This document shows positions 9,424-19,182 of a stretch of 54,382 bases of DNA, piece after piece. This stretch comes from an uncultured virus (IMG/VR IMGVR_UViG_3300022555_001562) (taxonomy: Duplodnaviria > Heunggongvirae > Uroviricota > Caudoviricetes), in the IMG/VR virus record IMGVR_UViG_3300022555_001562. One strand, 5' to 3'. The number at the start of each line of letters is the position of its first letter. Positions within the stretch are counted from its first letter, which is position 1. The notes beneath the pieces are model-generated. The model saw nothing but the letters and a program-made list of their open reading frames with translations. It ran no database searches and was not told the DNA's origin. The position numbers and the translations under genes are program-made.

Positions 9424-10503
9424 ATGAATGAACGAAAATTATTAGTAGAAGTCCAGACTTTCAGTGCCAATCCGAGAATGCTTCGGGAATCACTCGAAAA
9501 GCCGAATGCCCCATTTCGAGTCGAAGGTGTTTTACAACGGGCAGAAGTTCAAAACCAAAACGGTAGAGTATATCCAAAACAAGTCTTAATGCGAGAAGCA
9601 CAAAAATATGCCGATACGTTTATTCGTGAAAGACGGGCGCTCGGTGAACTCGACCATCCAGACTCCTGTCTAACGCAATCAGGTCAAATTCTGACCAAGA
9701 ATGGTTGGAAATATATTAAAGACATTGCGGACAATGAAGAGGTATTAACATTAAATCTTACTACTAATAAACCGGAGTATAACACAATAAATAAAAAGAT
9801 AGACAGTGCATATAAAGGAAAGATGTATCATATTAAAGGAAAAAATATAGATACCACCGTTACTCCAAACCATCGATTTGTTATTGAAGATAGATATGGC
9901 AAGTTAATGCTTAAAACTGCCGCAGAATTATATGATTTAAATAAGAGTGTTAATACTCATTTAAAAATTCCGAAACTTAATGACTCCAATTATATTCACA
10001 TAGACAATAGATTCATTGATATCAAAGAGATTGATTATGATGACAGAATTTATTGTGTATCCGTTTCAAATGAAACATTTTATTGTAGGGACAATAATAA
10101 ATGTTTTTGGTCTGGAAATAGTGTAGTTAATTTAAAAAACGTTTCCCATAATGTTATCGGTATCCATTGGAGCGGTAATGATCTCATCGGCACAGTCGAG
10201 GTATTAACAACCCCCAGCGGTAACATTCTTCGTGAATTATTTCGTAATGGTATTAATGTAGGTATCTCATCCCGTGCCCTCGGTTCACTAAATAAAATTT
10301 CAGAAAGCACCTCGGTTGTAGGTGAAGACCTAGAACTAATCGCTTTTGATTTCGTCAGCAATCCCAGCACAGCAGGGGCATTTATGTTTATGAAAGATCA
10401 AAATTCATTACATGAAGGCGTTCAAAAAGCACAAAATCCGGTGAATAACAAGTGGGAATCGATAAATAAGATCGTTCGGGACATTCTTTCCAACATCGGT
10501 TAA
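9424..10503 (+). CDS. gp21: Prohead core protease (T4 gp21-like) with a mini-intein
   Basis: Motifs NQNGRVYP, ALGELDHP, GISSRALGS and FDFVSNPST. Confidence 0.95.
   Translation: MNERKLLVEVQTFSANPRMLRESLEKPNAPFRVEGVLQRAEVQNQNGRVYPKQVLMREAQKYADTFIRERRALGELDHPDSCLTQSGQILTKNGWKYIKDIADNEEVLTLNLTTNKPEYNTINKKIDSAYKGKMYHIKGKNIDTTVTPNHRFVIEDRYGKLMLKTAAELYDLNKSVNTHLKIPKLNDSNYIHIDNRFIDIKEIDYDDRIYCVSVSNETFYCRDNNKCFWSGNSVVNLKNVSHNVIGIHWSGNDLIGTVEVLTTPSGNILRELFRNGINVGISSRALGSLNKISESTSVVGEDLELIAFDFVSNPSTAGAFMFMKDQNSLHEGVQKAQNPVNNKWESINKIVRDILSNIG
9667..10119 (+). mobile_element. Mini-intein in prohead protease (151 aa)
   Basis: HPDS|CLTQSG...VTPNHRF...IYCVSV...WSGN|SVVNL. Confidence 0.9.
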
Positions 10504-10597
10504 ATTACCTCCAAAAAAATAAATCTCCAAAAAGATTGACATTATATCTTTATTGTAGTATGTAATTATACAACAAAGTCAAATGTAATAATGTCTT

Positions 10598-12292
10598 ATG
10601 AATGAATTAAAAGATTGGGTTATCGATAATCTTCTGGGTAAAACCAAAAAAATAATAGCTAAAAAAACGGATGAGAGTTGGTTTTTAGAAAACGGATTTT
10701 TGGAGAAGTATCATCAAATAATAAATACTACTTCATTTCTTTTTAATAATCCATCCATGTCACAACGGGTATGGCATATTATAAATGATAAACCAGCGGC
10801 GAATAAATGTAACAATCCAGAATGCAACAATTCCACTACTTTTTTATCATTTATCAGAGGATATTTGGGAACATGTTGTAATCGATGTGCTCAAAAAGTT
10901 CCAGAGACATGTGAAAAGATCAGAGCAACGAATATGAAGAAATATGGACACGCATATGGACTTCAAAGTTCGGAAGTAAAAGAAAAACGAGTTTCTACCT
11001 GTTTAGAAAAATACGGAGTGGATAATGTATCAAAATTAGACATTATAAGTGCGAGGAAAAAAGAAACTTGTCTAAAAAATTATGGGGTGTCTTGGATATT
11101 GCAGGATACTGACCGAATTCAGCATGGGGTTATGAAAAAATATGGAGTTGATAATGTACAAAAATCCGCTGAGGTTCAATTAAAAACGACGATAACACGT
11201 CGCAGTGCATTTTACGATTCATTGTTTTCCACGTTACGATTAAATGAGCGTGCGGTTCCCCTGTTTACGAAAGATGCATATATAAATGGAGGGTACTATG
11301 AAAAATATAAGTTTAAATGTAAAAAATGTTCCACTATATTTGAAGATTGTTTAGAAGATGGGGATATTCCACGATGCACCGACTGTTATAAGGGATCGTC
11401 TACGTTTGAAAAAGAAGTTACGGAATATATAAAATTAATATTGGGGACATCAGTAACAATAATCGAGAATGACAAAAAAACTCTTTCGGGAAATTATGAA
11501 CTGGATATTTTATTACCTTCTATAAACATTGCAATAGAATGCAATGGTCTTTTTTGGCATGGTGAGATGGGTGGAAATAAGTTAAGGAAATATCATCTTC
11601 AAAAGACTATTGAGTGCGAAAAGAAGAATATTCAACTTATTCATATATTTGAAGATGAATGGATAAATCATTCCGATATAGTTAAGATAAAACTTTCGCA
11701 TCTTTTGAAACAAACAAAATTAGAGACTATTTATGCAAGAAAATGTATAATAAAAGAAATTTCTTCTACTGAAAAAAATATATTTTTAAACACTTATCAT
11801 ATTCAAGGACAGGATACTAGTTCCATAAAAACCGGACTTTTTTATATGGATAAATTGGTAGGAGTTATGACATTTGGTCATAAAAGGATATTCATGAATC
11901 ATAAACAAGACAATAAATCTGAATTTGAATTAATTCGATATGCAAGCTCATCACATGTTATTGGAGGGGCCGGAAAACTCCTTAACTATTTTATAAAGAA
12001 ATATACTCCCACTAAAATAATATCATATGCGGATAGAAGATGGACATTTTATAAAAACAATTTGTATGAAAAATTGGGATTCGAAAAAGTGTCAGATGGA
12101 ACTCCGAATTATTGGTATTTCGGACGAGGAAAGGAATACAAAAGATATCATCGATTTGGGTTTAGAAAAAATGTTTTAGCGGCTCGATTGAAAATATTTG
12201 ATTCTAATTTATCCGAATGGGAGAATATGAAAAATAACGAATGGGATAGAATTTGGGATTGTGGCAATTTAAAATATGTAATGACTTTTTGA
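10598..12292 (+). CDS. Putative homing endonuclease (Hef-like; KYG repeats, Vsr/DUF559-like core, YARKC...WDCG C-terminal domain)
   Basis: KYG repeats, ELDI..AIECNGLFWH, IHIFEDEW, RIWDCG. Paralog of 25932 and 39674. Confidence 0.75.
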   Translation: MNELKDWVIDNLLGKTKKIIAKKTDESWFLENGFLEKYHQIINTTSFLFNNPSMSQRVWHIINDKPAANKCNNPECNNSTTFLSFIRGYLGTCCNRCAQKVPETCEKIRATNMKKYGHAYGLQSSEVKEKRVSTCLEKYGVDNVSKLDIISARKKETCLKNYGVSWILQDTDRIQHGVMKKYGVDNVQKSAEVQLKTTITRRSAFYDSLFSTLRLNERAVPLFTKDAYINGGYYEKYKFKCKKCSTIFEDCLEDGDIPRCTDCYKGSSTFEKEVTEYIKLILGTSVTIIENDKKTLSGNYELDILLPSINIAIECNGLFWHGEMGGNKLRKYHLQKTIECEKKNIQLIHIFEDEWINHSDIVKIKLSHLLKQTKLETIYARKCIIKEISSTEKNIFLNTYHIQGQDTSSIKTGLFYMDKLVGVMTFGHKRIFMNHKQDNKSEFELIRYASSSHVIGGAGKLLNYFIKKYTPTKIISYADRRWTFYKNNLYEKLGFEKVSDGTPNYWYFGRGKEYKRYHRFGFRKNVLAARLKIFDSNLSEWENMKNNEWDRIWDCGNLKYVMTF

Positions 12293-12308
12293 ATCATATT
12301 TATATTAT

Positions 12309-12779
12309 ATGAAAAAACAATATCTAAAACAACTCATTCAAGAATGTGTTAATATTCTAGTCACCGAAAATTTCTTAACGGAAGATGGCGGAGCCGCAGG
12401 CGGCGGACAAGGTGGTTCTGGCGCACCGGGAACGGGAACGGGGAATGTAACTGCTAATGTGGATCCTATCCGAACTCCAAAAGCGTTCGACCATCCGAGA
12501 GACATTAAAGCGGAAGGACAGGAAGAACCACCGTTATACGTCGAATATATTGGAAAAATGCAGGGCGAAGAACCGTTTGTAATGGGAGGTCGGCGATATG
12601 AATATGTGTGGGCCAAGTATCCATCGGGGAAAAAAGACATCGGGGTTTATGTTTTTGGTCAAGATATGGTTGTTGCATATGATGTATTTCGAAAATGGTA
12701 TAATATTAATGAATCTTTCAGTCCCGGTCCTCCAATAAAACCAATCAAGTTTAGCGAACTTGTTAAAAAAATAAAATAA
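12309..12779 (+). CDS. Hypothetical protein, possible internal head protein
   Basis: N-terminus MKKQYLKQLIQE; TATTTATA 4 nt upstream. Confidence 0.6.
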   Translation: MKKQYLKQLIQECVNILVTENFLTEDGGAAGGGQGGSGAPGTGTGNVTANVDPIRTPKAFDHPRDIKAEGQEEPPLYVEYIGKMQGEEPFVMGGRRYEYVWAKYPSGKKDIGVYVFGQDMVVAYDVFRKWYNINESFSPGPPIKPIKFSELVKKIK

Positions 12780-12816
12780 GTTGCTTTTCTGTATTTTTGG
12801 TATAGCCTACGTCAAA

Positions 12817-13773
12817 ATGCAAAAACAGTTACAATATAAAGACATTATTCTTCGTCCTAACAAGTCTAACGTAAATAGTAGAAATATGTGCGATATTTCC
12901 ACATATATTGGAACAAAAAAATACGCATCTCCGGTATGTTGCGCCAATATGCAGTCTCTCCTAACACCCGAGATATGTAAAATATTTGATGATCGGAATT
13001 GGTTTTATGTTTACCACCGGATTAATGGAGTGTCGGATGTTGAAAATTTTGTAAAAACCGCCAATATAGAAAAATGGAAAACTGTATCTATATCAATTGG
13101 AATAGGAGATGAATGGTGTAATCTTATTAATCGGCTGAACATAGAGGGGTTGACAGTTGATAGTTTTACAATTGATGTAGCATTATCTCATAATAATAAT
13201 ATCATAGTCACCATTAATAAAGTTAAAGAGAAATATCCAAATGCGTATCTCACAGTTGGAAATGGATGCACTCCCGAGTGGATTAACTGGTTAGAAGATT
13301 TTGGAGTAAATTGTGCAAAAATCGGAATAGGCACCTCTGCCAGTTGTAGAACTCGTCAATATACTGGATTTGGATCAACAACGGTATCTTCGTTATTGGA
13401 ATGCGTAGATGCCGCAAAAACAATTGATATTATGAGTGATGGGGGGCTGACAATAGATAAAAATGGAGAAGTGTGGATTGGGGATGTAAACAAAGCATTA
13501 TCGCTTGGAGCCGATTTTGTAATGTCCGGAGCATTATTTTCTAAATGTTTAAATTCTCCCGCCATTATAAATGGATATTATGGAAATGCATCGGAGAAAG
13601 CAAAAGGCAATAAGACTCATATTGAAGGAGTAACAATAAAAATAGAAACAAATGGACTAACAATTTCCGAAATGTGTGATTTAATAGAAGACAGCATTCG
13701 AAGTGGAATCTCATATAGTGGCGGAACTACGTTGGCGGCGTTTAAAACTGTAAAATGGAATATTGTTTTTTAG
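12817..13773 (+). CDS. guaC: GMP reductase (IMPDH/GMPR family)
   Basis: Motifs ANM, TIDVALSH, VGN, KIGIGTSASCRTR (catalytic Cys loop), MSDGG, ALSLGADFVMSG and SGISYSG. No CBS domains. Confidence 0.8.
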   Translation: MQKQLQYKDIILRPNKSNVNSRNMCDISTYIGTKKYASPVCCANMQSLLTPEICKIFDDRNWFYVYHRINGVSDVENFVKTANIEKWKTVSISIGIGDEWCNLINRLNIEGLTVDSFTIDVALSHNNNIIVTINKVKEKYPNAYLTVGNGCTPEWINWLEDFGVNCAKIGIGTSASCRTRQYTGFGSTTVSSLLECVDAAKTIDIMSDGGLTIDKNGEVWIGDVNKALSLGADFVMSGALFSKCLNSPAIINGYYGNASEKAKGNKTHIEGVTIKIETNGLTISEMCDLIEDSIRSGISYSGGTTLAAFKTVKWNIVF

Positions 13774-13788
13774 TTATAAATAACAAAT

Positions 13789-14034
13789 ATGTATTATAAA
13801 ATATCAGGACAGTCGAAATCGACATCGAAATGGCAAGATATCGGAACATTTGCAGATAAAAAATTTGCACTTAAAAAATTTAAAGAATATTCTACGCAAT
13901 ATCCCAATTGCTGGTGGAAAGTAATTGGCATAAAAGAAGTGATTAAAGAGATTATAATTGCGGATTCTAAAACGAAAAATGGAAAAAAGAATACTTCCAA
14001 GATATATCGATCTGAAAAACGTGCCGTTGCTTGA
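13789..14034 (+). CDS. Hypothetical protein
   Basis: 81-aa ORF with AT-rich upstream region. Confidence 0.5.
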   Translation: MYYKISGQSKSTSKWQDIGTFADKKFALKKFKEYSTQYPNCWWKVIGIKEVIKEIIIADSKTKNGKKNTSKIYRSEKRAVA

Positions 14035-14162
14035 ACATGTCAATCACGGACAGAAAGTCCGATTTCAATATTTCAAGAACAATACGTTTTGGTATTATCA
14101 TAGGTAATTAATTTTATTGTTTTTTATTGTCTTTTCGTGTTTTTTGGTTATATGTATTCTAT

Positions 14163-14735
14163 ATGAAATTAAGTCACTGGGCGAAAGAAAAAGGAATACT
14201 TTACCGAACAGCATGGTTGATGTTTAATCGTGGACAATTAACAGGAGCATATAAATTACCTACTGGAACAATTATTATTCCAAATGAAATCAATAAAATT
14301 AAGGAAGAATATATTATTACTTATGCCAGGGTATCTTCTTCTGAAAATAAAGATAATCTCGAAACACAATCTAAAAGATTAATTGATTATTGTAATGCTA
14401 ATGGATGGAAAACTCATGAAAATATAAAAGAAATTGGAAGTGGATTGAATGATAAACGTCCCAAATTAATTAAAATTATAAATGACGGTAAGGCGTCAAT
14501 CATAGTGGTTGAACATAAAGATAGATTAAGTAGGTTTGGGTCTTCTTATATTGAATTGGCATGTAAACATTTTAACTGTAAAGTTATTTATATAAATAAT
14601 ATTCGAGAAGAAAAAGAAGATTTAGTACAAGATTTCGTAAATATTATAACTTCATTTTGTGCTAGAATATATGGTCAACGAAGAAGTAAACGAAAAACCG
14701 AACAACTAATCAAAGAACTGGAAACATCCAAATGA
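14163..14735 (+). CDS. tnpA: IS607 serine recombinase TnpA
   Basis: MKLSHWAK HTH, YARVSS, EIGSGLN, VEHKDRLSRFG, SFCARIYG. Confidence 0.95.
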   Translation: MKLSHWAKEKGILYRTAWLMFNRGQLTGAYKLPTGTIIIPNEINKIKEEYIITYARVSSSENKDNLETQSKRLIDYCNANGWKTHENIKEIGSGLNDKRPKLIKIINDGKASIIVVEHKDRLSRFGSSYIELACKHFNCKVIYINNIREEKEDLVQDFVNIITSFCARIYGQRRSKRKTEQLIKELETSK

Positions 14736-15946
14736 TTCGATCAACCAAAACAACTCTTAAATTCTCCAATACCACAAAATTGGATAATATCGACCTGTTC
14801 ATCAACGAATATCGTAGAGTTGTTTCTCTGTTTGTTGATAAATTATGGAATATGGATGATGTCAAATGCCTCCTCGATAAATCTCTAACTTCTACCGTAG
14901 ATAGTTGGTTGTCTGCTCGTTCCATTCAATGTGCCGGAAAACAAGCGTCTGGGATTGTTCGTGGTTGTAAAAAGAAACAATCCAAACGATTGTTCCAAAT
15001 ACGTAAATTCAAAAAATTGGGAATGCCTAAAAAAGCTAGGATTCTTCAAACAATTTATAATAATACTAAACTATCTAAACCAAATATTCAAATAATTCAA
15101 CCAGAACTGGATTCGAGATTTGTTGAAATTGACTTGAATAATATTACATCATTTGATGGTTGGTTGACTTTAACCAGTTTGGGAAATGGATTGAAAATCG
15201 TTGTCCCTTTCAAGAAAACGAAGCATTTTAATAAAATGTTGGAGCATGGAGTGTTAAAAGATGGAATTAGAATATCAAATGATGATATAACTTTAATGTT
15301 TGAATTGCCATCTCCGGTTAAAGTTGAAAGTGGAAAAACCATTGGGATTGACATTGGACAAATTACTACTTTAACTTGTTCTGACGGACAAATTGTAGAA
15401 GCAGATATTCATGGTCACACCTACAAATCTATCTGTGAAAAGTTATCAAGAAGGAAGAAGGATAGTAAGAATTTCAATAAGACTGATAGGCACAGGAGTA
15501 ATTATATACATTGGGCGGTGAATAGGATAAATTTAGATGGAGTAAAGAAAGTAAACATTGAGAATATTAAATATTTGAGGAGAGGAAAGAGATCTTCGAG
15601 GTTATTATCTCATTGGAACTACGCAGAATTATTTGATAAGTTGGAAGTAAGACTGAACGATGCTGGTGTCCAGATAAGTAAGGTTAGTCCGACTTATACC
15701 TCACAGAGATGCAACAAATGCGGATGGACTCGCAAGAGAAATAGGAAGGGAAAGCAATTCAAGTGTGATAAGTGCTCATATGAGTGTGATGCGGATTTGA
15801 ATGGTTCCCTGAACATTTCTTTTGATCTTGTTTCAATTGGGAAGCAGGAACGATTACAGCAGAAGAATAGGAATGGATTCTATTGGGATGTTGTGAGCAA
15901 GGAACCTATAGTTCCTAGTGTCCGGAAAACTAGAGTGTTGTCATAA
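14732..15946 (+). CDS. tnpB: TnpB RNA-guided nuclease (IS607-associated)
   Basis: RuvC motifs GIDIG, NIEN and DADLN; Zn ribbon TSQRCNKCG...CDKC. Confidence 0.92.
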   Translation: MIRSTKTTLKFSNTTKLDNIDLFINEYRRVVSLFVDKLWNMDDVKCLLDKSLTSTVDSWLSARSIQCAGKQASGIVRGCKKKQSKRLFQIRKFKKLGMPKKARILQTIYNNTKLSKPNIQIIQPELDSRFVEIDLNNITSFDGWLTLTSLGNGLKIVVPFKKTKHFNKMLEHGVLKDGIRISNDDITLMFELPSPVKVESGKTIGIDIGQITTLTCSDGQIVEADIHGHTYKSICEKLSRRKKDSKNFNKTDRHRSNYIHWAVNRINLDGVKKVNIENIKYLRRGKRSSRLLSHWNYAELFDKLEVRLNDAGVQISKVSPTYTSQRCNKCGWTRKRNRKGKQFKCDKCSYECDADLNGSLNISFDLVSIGKQERLQQKNRNGFYWDVVSKEPIVPSVRKTRVLS

Positions 15947-16111
15947 AAGACAATAAAATTAGTAACTATAAAACAGAGAAAGGATTATTATTCCCTATTT
16001 CTCTTCAAGAAGCACAGGCAGGGAACTCTACTTTTTTAGCCGAAGATAAAGCTATTTATTTTATTCGATGGATTAGAAAATGGATTAAAACAGATAAAGA
16101 AGAAGAAAAAA

Positions 16112-16564
16112 ATGAGAATAGTAATTACCGGACATCGGATGGAGAAGATTGCTCCGTATGATTTTGGATGGATACAAACCGCCATTGACGATGTTTTAGT
16201 TGAAATAAAAACTAAAAACAAAGATTTATTAGCTTATACTGAAATGGCGAGTGGAATTGATTTGTATTTTTGCAAATCATGTATTTTGCTTGGAATTCCA
16301 TATATTGCCTGTATTCCGTTTGAAGGACAAGAAAACACTATGCAGGTGCGGGATGCCGAGTGGAGAAAGCAACTGTTGGAATCTGCCAAAGAGATAAAAG
16401 AAGTTAAAAATTCATGGATGGTGGAACACATGGATGTTGGAATCTGCGTTTTCGACGGTAACAAGGGAGGAACCGCCAATGTTTTCCAACAATTCATTGA
16501 AAAACGACGAAGTTTCTATTGGATAAATCCGGTTGGAAAAGTGACATGGAAATGTTTTCTGTGA
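16112..16564 (+). CDS. SLOG/YspA (DUF1273)-like nucleotide-binding protein
   Basis: ITGHR, ASGID, ACIPFEGQE and DGNKGGTAN motifs. Confidence 0.7.
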   Translation: MRIVITGHRMEKIAPYDFGWIQTAIDDVLVEIKTKNKDLLAYTEMASGIDLYFCKSCILLGIPYIACIPFEGQENTMQVRDAEWRKQLLESAKEIKEVKNSWMVEHMDVGICVFDGNKGGTANVFQQFIEKRRSFYWINPVGKVTWKCFL

Positions 16565-16604
16565 TTGACTTTTCAGCATATGTCTGTTAACCTGGAGTGT
16601 AAAT

Positions 16605-17132
16605 ATGAAGAAAAACGAAAAATTTCGTCGGACGGCGGAACTGACGATGAAAAAAATCCGAGAAATTTCCAGACATATTCGAAATGTCAGTGATAATTGC
16701 CTTATTTTAGGCGAAAAAATGATAGAACGGGGGGAAATCGATTTAGGAAGAAATCTTATTGCGAATGGGTATGCGCATGATTTGAGTAAGTTTACGGGAA
16801 TTGAATTTGAGTTTATGGCTCCCGGTGTAAAATATGAAGAAGAAAATGCTAAAATGAAATTAAAATTAGCAATTCATCATCATCGGCAAATAAGTCCGCA
16901 TCATGCGGAGCATTGGAATGGAATTGAAAACATGCCCGATGTATTTTTGGCCGAGATGCTATGTGATCTTAAAGCCAGATCAGAAGAATTTGGAACTTCT
17001 CTTATGGACTATATTGATAATGAAGGACTTAAACAATGGCAAATCACCAAGGAAGCCCCGATATACAAAAAAATGATTGGTTATGTAAATTTACTTTGCA
17101 CCAAACCATTTGAGAATATTGCACAGAGCTAA
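16605..17132 (+). CDS. HD-like protein (DUF5662-like)
   Basis: RHI...HDLSKF...HHHRQISPHHAEHW...EMLCD. Confidence 0.65.
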   Translation: MKKNEKFRRTAELTMKKIREISRHIRNVSDNCLILGEKMIERGEIDLGRNLIANGYAHDLSKFTGIEFEFMAPGVKYEEENAKMKLKLAIHHHRQISPHHAEHWNGIENMPDVFLAEMLCDLKARSEEFGTSLMDYIDNEGLKQWQITKEAPIYKKMIGYVNLLCTKPFENIAQS

Positions 17133-17141
17133 AATATTCCC

Positions 17142-17169
17142 TTGACTATTTCTAAAAAACCAATATACT
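17142..17169 (+). promoter_or_regulatory. Sigma70-like promoter, probably giving a leaderless transcript
   Basis: TTGACT-16 nt-TATACT, with ATG 7 nt downstream. Confidence 0.55.
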
Positions 17170-17176
17170 CACCACC

Positions 17177-17665
17177 ATGAAAAATAGAACATCATTTGTA
17201 TCGAATAGCTCATCCAGTTCATTTATCTGCGACATTTCCGGAGAAGACATCGAGGTATATGATTTGGACTTTAAATCATCTGGATTATGCCGGTGTACGG
17301 CGGGACACGTTTTTAAGGAAGAATATCTCTTTGAATCTTATAAACATTGTATCTCACATAAGGAAATGTTCAATAAATTAATTGAGATTACTGATAGCAA
17401 AAAAGAGTGTCAATACTATCAAAAATTAAATGATATTGAATTACGAAAGGTTTATGATGAAAAAATTAAATCAAATGGAAATCCAATTGGCGGAGATTAT
17501 CCCGCAAATTGTTGCCCGATTTGTTCTATAAATGTAATTACCGATGCCGATTTGGTAAAATATTTTTTAAAGAAATTTAATGTATCCCGAGAAGATATTA
17601 TCAAGGATATTCGTGTTTTCTTCGGCGGTAGTTTTATTAAATTTCAAAGTTATATCAAGGAATAG
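17177..17665 (+). CDS. FVSNSSSSSF-motif protein 1 (Cys-rich)
   Basis: MKNRTSFVSNSSSSSFICD; CxxGH and CPIC; paralog of 22177. Confidence 0.8.
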   Translation: MKNRTSFVSNSSSSSFICDISGEDIEVYDLDFKSSGLCRCTAGHVFKEEYLFESYKHCISHKEMFNKLIEITDSKKECQYYQKLNDIELRKVYDEKIKSNGNPIGGDYPANCCPICSINVITDADLVKYFLKKFNVSREDIIKDIRVFFGGSFIKFQSYIKE

Positions 17666-17685
17666 AACTAATATAATTAGTAACT

Positions 17686-18759
17686 ATGACACTAATAATT
17701 GAAAACGGCATTAAGAAGTTTCGGTCGAAAGATTACAACTATAATTTTCGATTGGAGGACGGGTATTTTCAGCGATGGGGGAAAACAGTGGAGGATGATC
17801 CACAACAGTCTCCTGCTCCCGAAATTTTAGATATAGAAACATCGATTAATGGATGTCCCAAGGGAAAGGAATCCGGTAAAATCTGTAATTTTTGTTATAA
17901 AGGCAATTCGGCAGGTACGCCAGAGTATATGTCCTTTGAAAAATTTAAGAAAATTATCGATAAATTTCCTAAAGTGAATGGAATTCATTTTTTGACTCAA
18001 ATGGCAGCAGGAATTACGAGTTTTAATGCTAATCCGGATTTATTCAAAATTTTTGAATATGCTCGTCAGCAAAATATTATTCCTAATCTTACCATTTCGG
18101 GAAGGGATACTCTGACAGATGACGAAATTACAAAACTCGTCTCCCTTATTGGTGCCGCCGCATTTAGTATTTATAAAGAGGATAAGGATCAATGCTATAA
18201 ATTGATTAATCGTTTTCTTAAAGCAGGGTTAAAGCAATGCAATGTGCATTATATGATCAGTCAAGAAACGCTTTCATTTTTATATGAAATATTGAATGAT
18301 ATTAAAAACGATTCTCGTTTAACTGGGTTAAATGCAATTGTATTTTTGGGACTAAAACCTAAAGGCAGAGGAAATACATTTCATATTCTTCCATATGAAG
18401 AATACGATAAATTGGTTACGTTTTGTTTTGATAACAATATTCGATTCGGATTTGATTCCTGTGGATCGCCCAAAGTAGAGAAATCGGTATCCGAAAGCAA
18501 ACAGTTAAACGAAAAAGTTAAAAAATCTATTCTAATGGCATGTGAACGGTGTGAATCCAATTGTCATAGTTATTATATCAATGTAGAAGGAATTTCTTTT
18601 CCATGTAGTTTTGCTGAGGATATGGAAAAGGGAACAAATATACTAGAAGTAAATGATTTTTTAAATGACGCATGGAATTCTCCGGTGTCTTTAAATTGGA
18701 GGGAACGTTTGCATGGGCTGGACCGTCAGTGTCCACTTTATCCTCAGATTAGAATATGA
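17686..18759 (+). CDS. Radical SAM enzyme with SPASM/Twitch-like C-terminus
   Basis: CX9CX2CY motif (CPKGKESGKICNFCY), MSFEKFKKII, LKPKGRG; C-terminal CES...YINVEG..FPCSF...CP. Confidence 0.85.
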   Translation: MTLIIENGIKKFRSKDYNYNFRLEDGYFQRWGKTVEDDPQQSPAPEILDIETSINGCPKGKESGKICNFCYKGNSAGTPEYMSFEKFKKIIDKFPKVNGIHFLTQMAAGITSFNANPDLFKIFEYARQQNIIPNLTISGRDTLTDDEITKLVSLIGAAAFSIYKEDKDQCYKLINRFLKAGLKQCNVHYMISQETLSFLYEILNDIKNDSRLTGLNAIVFLGLKPKGRGNTFHILPYEEYDKLVTFCFDNNIRFGFDSCGSPKVEKSVSESKQLNEKVKKSILMACERCESNCHSYYINVEGISFPCSFAEDMEKGTNILEVNDFLNDAWNSPVSLNWRERLHGLDRQCPLYPQIRI

Positions 18760-18762
18760 CAT

Positions 18763-19182
18763 ATGAAAACTAGAAATGGATTTGTATCAAATAGTAGTTC
18801 TTCCTCATTTATTGTTGCAGTGAAGCAGCATTCAGATGCGTGTCCCACTTGTGGAAGAAGAGACCCAGATTTCCTTGATATGGTAGAACATATGGGCAAT
18901 TCCGATGGATATGAGACGACTAAACTTCATCATCGAACGGCACAAGATATTTGGGAGAAAGGGGAAGAAAGTAGAGGATATCAACCGCAAAACAGAGGAA
19001 AATCTCCATTATTTGGAGTGATGATAGATGCCGAACATAAAGGATACAAGGTCGCTGAGATCGAAATATCCTATCATGATACTTCTACCACAGAGATGAT
19101 GAGTCAAATGGAAGCAACCAAAAATCTTATTGTCTTATGGAGCAATCATAGAGACATTAAGCCGAAAAATATAAAATTATGA
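18763..19182 (+). CDS. FVSNSSSSSF-motif protein 2
   Basis: MKTRNGFVSNSSSSSFIV; CPTCG. Confidence 0.8.
   Translation: MKTRNGFVSNSSSSSFIVAVKQHSDACPTCGRRDPDFLDMVEHMGNSDGYETTKLHHRTAQDIWEKGEESRGYQPQNRGKSPLFGVMIDAEHKGYKVAEIEISYHDTSTTEMMSQMEATKNLIVLWSNHRDIKPKNIKL

Larger units (their letters stand above)
14096..15969 (+). mobile_element. IS607-family insertion sequence
   Basis: tnpA (serine recombinase) overlapping tnpB. Ends inferred from the interrupted gene; TAT at both junctions makes them ambiguous by 3 bp. Confidence 0.85.
13979..16161 (+). pseudogene. Small phage gene (~102 aa) interrupted by IS607
   Basis: MEKRILP...KNNTFWY (13979-14095) joins in frame to KTEKGLLFPISL...TFLAEDKAIYFIRWIRK...stop (15970-16161). 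Confidence 0.75.

Noticed and set aside
14096..15969. IS607 as an IStron (group I intron fusion)
   Set aside because: Only about 65 nt lie between the left junction and tnpA, too short for a group I catalytic core.
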